A stretch of DNA of 64,000 nucleotides from Octopus vulgaris (lineage: Eukaryota). The stretch spans positions 34,596,001 through 34,660,000 of the forward strand of contig OX597815.1 in the NCBI GenBank assembly GCA_951406725.2. The letters are read 5' to 3'. The notes under the pieces were generated by a model, which did not search any database, had not been told where the DNA came from, and worked only from the letters and a program-made list of their open reading frames with translations. Shown piece by piece: positions 55,658 to 64,000 of the stretch; position 1 is the stretch's first letter, and every line of letters begins with the position of its first letter. Position numbers and translations under genes: made by a program.

Positions 55658-57239
55658 ATATCAAATAAGAGGACGTGTTTCTGGCTCAACACGGACATCA
55701 AGTGTATTCAGTTTTTTTAAAGATAAGGCTGCGAAGGTCTGCAAAGATCGAATGTGAATTTTAGGAACTTTATTGTTTCAAACTAACTGCAAAAGAGCTA
55801 ATATAAAACTACGACAAATCTTAATTAGAAAAATAAAACTTGAAGACATTGTGTATTTAACGAAACGTGTAAAAGAAAAGCTGTTGTTCATATATGCGAA
55901 CGCGTTCACATACATACACGCATGCATTTAGGTGAGAACGTTTTAATAACATTTATATATTCAAGTGGTTGTTATTGTTGCTCTTTAAACCTTAGATCAT
56001 CGTTGTTCGAAAAAACCTATGTTGCAGATGTAATCATTGCATTTTCTCATTGCAACAGCTCTGCTTACTTGCGCTTCATCTACTGAAACTCATACCTTTT
56101 TTTACTAGCAGTTCATATTAGGGTGCTGTTGAACTGAATTCGGCTCTTTTCAGTGTTACACTTTCAAGAGGAAGATCCATGATTTAGCGGGGTCGATACT
56201 GCTTGACTTTTTCGGTTGCACTTTGCTTCCTCTCTATCTTCAAGGTCATCCCGGCACCTGGAAGTTTGGTATCTCTCAAACCGATGTATTGCATGTGTCC
56301 GTGTTACACTAAATCCCCCCCTTGACATAACTAAACGACAAGTTTATTTTATTACCGTTCTCGTACTGTCAATATAGTTTATGAGCTGCATAGCAAATCA
56401 AGCCATCTGTAGAGATGGCTGCTCACCCCGTACTCAATGCCTTCTACATGTATGACAGTCATATGCATTTCATGGAAGAGTAGAAGCCAGAGGTTTCTTA
56501 GGATGATACCATATTGGAAGACACAGGTCTTGAATTTTTTTCTTTTGTTTTCTTTTTCTTTCTTTTTTTTTGAGCCCAGATGTGTGAACAGTTCTCAACC
56601 AGATCTTCAGAACACTTCTGTTCATTCTGTGACAGTCAGGATCTGATCTACTTCCAACTTGAAAAACGCCCACGATATGAACTAATTCAAACCCTAGAAG
56701 ATCTATTAGCTATCAACATTGTTTATCATATTGCTCCAAGTCGTCCATGAAGTCTAACAAAAAGCGATCGCCTTACTCCAAACTTGTTGATGGAGCTCTA
56801 GCGCTATTTATTTCTCTGCTGATTTGACCGGCATGCTCGTTACCAATGCGAAGAGAGGTACCATGCGGGTGCACTCAGGGATTATCCGTTGTGTTTAGTT
56901 GGTAATAGTCAGATATTATTAGCTGACCAGAGTTGGGTCTGGTATTAATATACCTTCTTTTGGGCAATGTACGAGTACCTGCTATTTTCTGATGCATGGA
57001 TTCTTAGACGACTCTCACTCTCCCTCTTTCTCTCTATCTCTATCTCCCTCTTTCTCTCTCTCTCTCTCTTCCAGTAAAAGACAGTTGTCCAAACTGAGCA
57101 TAAAAATACGCGCTGGAGAAGCGAATTCCTTAATCAAACCGCCATACATTCGCCTAAAAAATGACTTTTTTTTATCTCTGGAAAGGTTAATGGAACTTTG
57201 GTGATGTCTGTGCTATACCGTATACAATGGCTTAAGTTA

Positions 57240-57855
57240 GGAGGGCAAAGAGGAGGAGGAGGAGGAGAAGAAGAAGAAGAAGAAGAAGAAGAAGAAGAAG
57301 AAGAAGAAGAAGAAGAAGAAGAAGAAGAAGAAGAAGAAGAAGAAGAAGAAGAAGAAGAAGAAGAAGAAGAAGAAGAAGATGATGAAGATGATGATGATGA
57401 TGATGAGGGTGATGATGATCATTATCATCATCATCATCGTTACCATCATCACCATCATCATAAATAGGAACCGAAACCGGTACGCGAAATCGATTTGTCG
57501 CTAGCTTTCTTTTCTGTTTTGCGGCGCTAGAGATGGTTATTTTAAACACATAACACATGACAGAAAAAAATGAAAAAAAAAAAAGTCTTTCTAAAAGACA
57601 GAAAGAAAAAATGTTAAACACACTTCGCTCTTTGTTTTCAAATGATGTAATTCATAATAAGTATAAAAGAGAAAGACTTTCTAGTTGTCTTTTTTGTAGT
57701 CTTTTATATTCATTGATTTTTTTTTTTTACTATAATTTATTTATTTATTTATCTATTTATCTATTTATTTTCTTATTTGTCGTTCGATAAATATTTATCT
57801 ATGTAAATAGACACACTAGCACGCGCACGCGCGCACAGAACTATTTATAATTATG

Positions 57856-57903
<48 letters not shown>

Positions 57904-57995
57904 CGTGTACATACATACACGTATATGCATACATGCATACATTCATGCATACACACGGATGTATAACTCTAATGAACACGTACACACGTGTGTGC

Positions 57996-58040
<45 letters not shown>

Positions 58041-58229
58041 CATACATACATACACACATCTGTAGACGCATGTATATATATATGTATATGTGTGTATGTA
58101 TATATGCATATATATATTTACTGTATATGTACAAATATATTTGTATGTGTTTATATATATATATATGTAAATATATATATATATGTTTATATACATATAC
58201 ATATACACACACACGCAGACACACACACA

Positions 58230-58274
<45 letters not shown>

Positions 58275-58872
58275 ACGCATACACACACACACACACACCA
58301 CCACACACGTGTATTTTTGTGTGTAGGAAAACAACGTACTATACGGTAAAGGACGGTTATTGGAAACTAGACGTGTATATTCGGCAATCGGGTAAAGTAC
58401 ATGTGACATCATCGATGGCTGGCTGTATTGCGACTCTGTCTTGGAGGAGGAGATAAGCTGTTAAGTCTGCAGACTGGGTTTATTAGTGATGGAGGAGGCG
58501 GGAAAAATTTTAGCTTTGGGTTTTGTCGGAGAGAGAGGAAGTAATACGGGTTGTGTTTTGGTTGTGATGAGAGTTAAAGATGGAGGGGAGTTAAGGGAGA
58601 GGGAAGGGGGCGTGTTATGTAGGAGGGAGGGGGGAGTTATGGAAAGCGTGTGATACCTATGTTCGGATAGGGGAGAGAATTAGTGGTGGACTATCTGACA
58701 CGTATGCGTACATACATACATACATACATACATACATAGAATCATACATACATACATACACATACATACATACATACATACATACATACACACACATATA
58801 TACATACATACATAAATACATACATACATACATACATACATACATACATACATACATACATACATACATACA

Positions 58873-58918
<46 letters not shown>

Positions 58919-59768
58919 ATACATACATGAAGACAAGTACACACACACACACACATTCACACGAACACAGAAGCACGCACACACGTATACACTTGCACAC
59001 ACACGGAAATATCTCTTCATACGCATCTTGGTCTCGTACACAGTAGCAATTTGGTACATACATACTTTCAGAGACACAATTAGAATGAGAGAGAGAGAGA
59101 GAGAGACAGGGTGAAAAAGATAGACAGAATGAGAAAGAGATAGAGAGAGAGAGGGGAAGGGAGAGAAAGAGAGAGAGGGAGATTGAAAGACAGAAAGAGA
59201 GAGAGAGAGAGATGGAGAAATGGAAAGAGAGTGAGAGAGAGAAGGAGGGAGGGTGAATTCCAGACTGTCAGACTTGGGGGATGAGTTGAGCTGGAAGTGA
59301 ACACGAGAGAAATGATTTTAGAGACTTTTTTTTTTCCATTACTTCACTTCTTGATAATGGTGATGATGATGGTGGTGGTGATGATGATGACGATGATGAC
59401 GATGATGATGATGATGTTAATGAAAATGATGACGACGATGACGATGGTGGTGACGGTGACGATGACGAAGTTGGTAAACGTTGGACAACGCTGATGAAGA
59501 CGACGACGACGACGATGATGATAATGATGATGATGATGATGATGATGATCGTCATGATGACGGCGATGGAGGAAAATGGTAAAGTTCTTGATGACGTTGA
59601 TGATGATGATGAGGAGGAGGAGGAGGGAGAAGAGGAAGTAGAGGAAAGAGATAAATGAGAATTATGACGGTAATTATGGTAGTGAGGAACTTTTTTAAAG
59701 TAATTGTTTAACAATTCGTCTCAACTACAACTACTACTACAACAACTACTACTACTACCACCACCACT

Positions 59769-59803
<35 letters not shown>

Positions 59804-59921
59804 AACTACTACTACTACTACTACCACCATTACTACTACTACTACTATTACTACAGCCACCACCGTCACCGCTATCACCACCACCACCACTACTACTACC
59901 ACCACCACCACCACCACCACC

Positions 59922-59986
<65 letters not shown>

Positions 59987-60139
59987 AGCCACCACCGTCA
60001 CCGCTATCACCACCACCACCACTTACTGCCCTTACTACCGCTGCTACTATTACTGCAACTACTAGTACTGCTACTACAGCTGCTGCTGCTGTTGTTCCTC
60101 CTTCTGCTGTGCAACTACTACTACTACTCCTGTTGTTGT

Positions 60140-60194
<55 letters not shown>

Positions 60195-60288
60195 GCTACT
60201 ACTACTACTACTGCTACTACTACTGCTGTGGCTGCTACGGCTGCTGCTGCTGCTACAACTACTAGTACTACTACTGACGCTGCTGTTG

Positions 60289-60324
<36 letters not shown>

Positions 60325-60421
60325 TTACTACTGCTACTGCTGCTGCTACTACTGCTGCGCAGCAACTATTAGTACTACTACTGCCGCTGCTGATATTGCT
60401 TTTGCTGCTTCTGCTGCTACA

Positions 60422-60465
<44 letters not shown>

Positions 60466-60494
60466 AAATAATAATAATAATAATAATAATAATG

Positions 60495-60528
<34 letters not shown>

Positions 60529-61103
60529 CTCTGTACCCATATGTAATTATGCTGCTATTGAGTGTAAATCTTTTGCTGGAGATGTCAACTCCCCCCAGAC
60601 TTTGACAAAGCCAACTCCGAAAAGTTTTTTGTAGGAATTAAACTTGGATGACCTTTCGGCCCGATCTCGAATAGTTCCAAATACTGAAAACAAAAAAACA
60701 AAAACAAAAACAAAAACCAAAAACTACACAGATAAATAAATCAAAAGAAAGCTGGAGGTTGCCTCCTGTAACAGAGTCTATTCTACTGCGAGTGTTCTGA
60801 CCCCTTCGCTGGTTCTCTCTTTTATTTTATTTTTACCTTTCCTGTCTTAGTTTATTTATTTATTTATTTATTTATTTGTTTATTCACTCATTCATTGAAG
60901 TAGAAATTGTCCTGCAAAATGTTCAGAGGCCGTTCTTTCGGTTGCATCTGTGGTAGTGACCTGCAAACGCCAAGGAACTGCTGCTCTCCAGCCTCCACTC
61001 ACTCACTAAAATATGTATGTGTATACATACACACATACGTACACACAAACGTACATACATACATACATACATACATACATACATACATACATACAAGCAT
61101 ACA

Positions 61104-61134
<31 letters not shown>

Positions 61135-61137
61135 GTA

Positions 61138-61187
<50 letters not shown>

Positions 61188-61267
61188 GTGTGTGTGTATG
61201 TATGTATGTATATACCGCTCAACCTAACACATGATAGAAAACAGACGTTAAATGATGATCACACGCT

Positions 61268-61327
<60 letters not shown>

Positions 61328-61607
61328 TGTGTATGTGTATAAATATATATATATATATTTATATAAATAATGTAGGTGGCTCAGTTATGTGTGTATGTAT
61401 ATGTACACACACACATACACTCATATATATATATATATATATATACTCCCTCCTTCACCAAAGGCCAATGTCATAAGAATGGCCATTGAAAAGGTGATTA
61501 CCCTGGTCGTACTTCAGAATAAACAAACCATTATATATATATTTATATAATTATTTCGTCAAATATACATGTTTTAAAGTAATCATGTTGGTTTGTAAGT
61601 TTACAGG

Positions 61608-61669
<62 letters not shown>

Positions 61670-61670
61670 T
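57240..61670. repeat. Dense trinucleotide and dinucleotide repeat field: (GAA)n, (GAT)n, (TA)n, (CA)n, (CATA)n, (CTA)n/(CCA)n/(CTG)n, (ATA)n
   Basis: Directly visible. Confidence 0.95.
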
Positions 61671-61996
61671 GGTTTGTTTCCTGGAAGGAAGCAAGGAAAA
61701 AGAAACGTAAATAAATGGAAGAAATAGATCAGAGCTAAATGTAAGAGAGAGAAGAATAGAAACGAAAGAGTGCTGTTCATTTTATTATTTTAGTTACTGC
61801 CGCAGCAAAGTCTTTCGTCACATCGCTGTGACCTGGTCAATGATCTCTGTCACATCGCTCTAACCCAGTTATTCGTCTCTGTCTAAAGATGTGTGAAACG
61901 GTCACAACTGTATGGCGAAAGACTTTGATATATTCAGTAACTAAAATGAATTTCTTGAAAAAAAACAAAAAAAACATGAATGAATGAATAAACCAG

Positions 61997-62113
<117 letters not shown>

Positions 62114-62367
62114 CGTGTTTGTGTGTGTGTGTGTCTGCTTGTTATCTGGTAGATTGATAAAGAAATATTGTTTCACTTCACAGGACTGCGGCCATGCTGG
62201 GGCACCACCTTGAAAGATTTAGTCGAGCAAATCGACACCGTTACTTACTTTTTAAATTTTTTGCGGACTGTACTTACTCTATCGGTGGTTTTTTCTTTTT
62301 TTCTGAACGGTCAGATCACGGGTACATGAACAAGCCAGCACCACTTATCACATGCACGAGCGTTCAC

Positions 62368-62398
<31 letters not shown>

Positions 62399-62619
62399 AA
62401 CACACACACACACACTCACGCACACACATACTCACGCACACACACGACGAGTTTGTTTCAGTTTTCACCTACAGCATCCACTCAGCTCGGGGCTGTAGTA
62501 GAAGACATTCAAGATACCGCACAGTGAGATTGAACCCAAGATCACATGATTGGTAAGCATGCTTCTTGACTCATCCCAGCGCTTTTTCAGATCTGTTCTA
62601 TGGCAAATACACACACACA

Positions 62620-62745
<126 letters not shown>

Positions 62746-62752
62746 TATATAT

Positions 62753-63172
62753 AGACGCAGGAGTGGCTGTGTGGTAAGTAGCTTGCTTACCAACCACATG
62801 GTTCCGGGTTCATTCCCACTGCGTGGCACGTTGGGCAAGTGTCTTCTACTAAAGTCTCGGGCTGACCAATGCCTTGTGAGTGGTTTTGGTAGACGGAAAC
62901 TGAAAGAAGCCCGTCATGTATATGTATATATAAATGTATGCGTGTATATATGTTTGTGTGTCTGTGTTTGTCCCCCCAACATCGCTTGACAACCGATGCT
63001 GGTGTGTTTACATCCCCGTAACTTAGCAGGTTGGCAAAAGACACTGATAGAATAAGTACTAGGCTTCAAAATAATACGTCCTCGGGTTGATTTGCTCGAC
63101 TAAAAGCGGTGCTCCAGCATGGCCGCAGTCAAATGACTGAAACAAGTAAAAGCGTAGACGAGTAAAAGAGTA
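62753..63172 (+). mobile_element. SINE family A, full length (older diverged copy at about 62168-62570, minus)
   Basis: Sequence match to other copies. Confidence 0.9.
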
Positions 63173-63455
63173 TACAAGAAATAAATTAAGTTTGTTCATT
63201 CGAAGATAAAGGTCATTATGTCTTGTAATCACTAACTAATTAACGATAAATAGGCACAAGCATAACTGACTGGTTAAGAAGCTCGCTTTTCAACCACATA
63301 GTTTCAGGTTCAGTTCCACTGCAGGGAACCTTGGGTGTTATATACTGTCGCCTCAGACCGACAAATGTCTTGTGGGTGAATTTAGTAGAGGGAAACTGTG
63401 TGGAAGCTTGTCCTATATATATATATATATATATATGAGGGCGAATAACATCCAG

Positions 63456-63499
<44 letters not shown>

Positions 63500-63504
63500 C
63501 ATAG

Positions 63505-63611
<107 letters not shown>

Positions 63612-63815
63612 AAGTTAATCCAAACATGAAAACACAAAAAGAAAACACAACAACACGAGGACGTGGAACAAGTATAGCATTATTGGACGCTCAGGAAAGA
63701 AGGAAAGAAGGAGGGTTTAACGTTTCGAGCGGAGCTCTTCGTCAGAAATATAGGAAAAGGAAAGATCCAAAGAAGGGAAGGTGGAGGGAAAAAAATAGCC
63801 AACGGTACACACACC
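63612..63815 (-). mobile_element. Short hammerhead-bearing PLE terminus, family 2
   Basis: Copy of 18915-19118; its 3' end abuts (TA)n. Confidence 0.8.
63716..63748 (-). ncRNA. Minimal hammerhead ribozyme motif (CUGACGA core)
   Basis: Minus strand ttt-CTGACGA-A-GAGC tcc GCTC-GAA-ACGT-T-aaa. Confidence 0.72.
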
Positions 63816-64000
63816 TTCCATCGATCAACAACTGGTGTTGGTTTGTTTACATCGTCGTAACTTGGCGGTTTAGAAAAAATTGTGGAGACAAGAACCATCA
63901 GACTTTAAAATAAATACGGCTGCAGTCCAACGATTGAAACAAGTAAAATACACTCGAACCATTCTGTCTTATGACATAACATTGGTAAACGATAAGATTA

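Noticed and set aside
57198-60605. Poly-E, poly-L, poly-S and poly-V ORFs
   Set aside because: Trinucleotide repeats without unique coding sequence or splice evidence

Overview
Eukaryotic, AT-rich, intergenic or intronic DNA saturated with microsatellites. The SINE families and repeat load suggest an octopus or other coleoid cephalopod (inference). No host gene can be supported, and nearly all ORFs in the track are simple-repeat artefacts. The main feature is an intact Penelope-like retroelement (PLE, 44610-50349, minus strand) with an RT + GIY-YIG ORF and a 1.26-kb partial-tandem pLTR. Each pLTR copy carries a hammerhead-ribozyme motif with an atypical CUGUUGA core. Four more short hammerhead-bearing PLE termini from two families are dispersed in the window, and all six 3' ends abut TA repeats. 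The window also holds many tRNA-derived SINEs (at least 4 families), five non-autonomous Helitron-type elements, a decayed hAT transposon with a perfect 8-bp TSD, and a Merlin/IS1595-type element. There are also Merlin-like MITEs carrying TTAGGG tracts, remnants of R4/Dong-like, CR1-like and RTE LINEs, and several nested insertions. Coordinates were read by eye; SINE and remnant boundaries are approximate.
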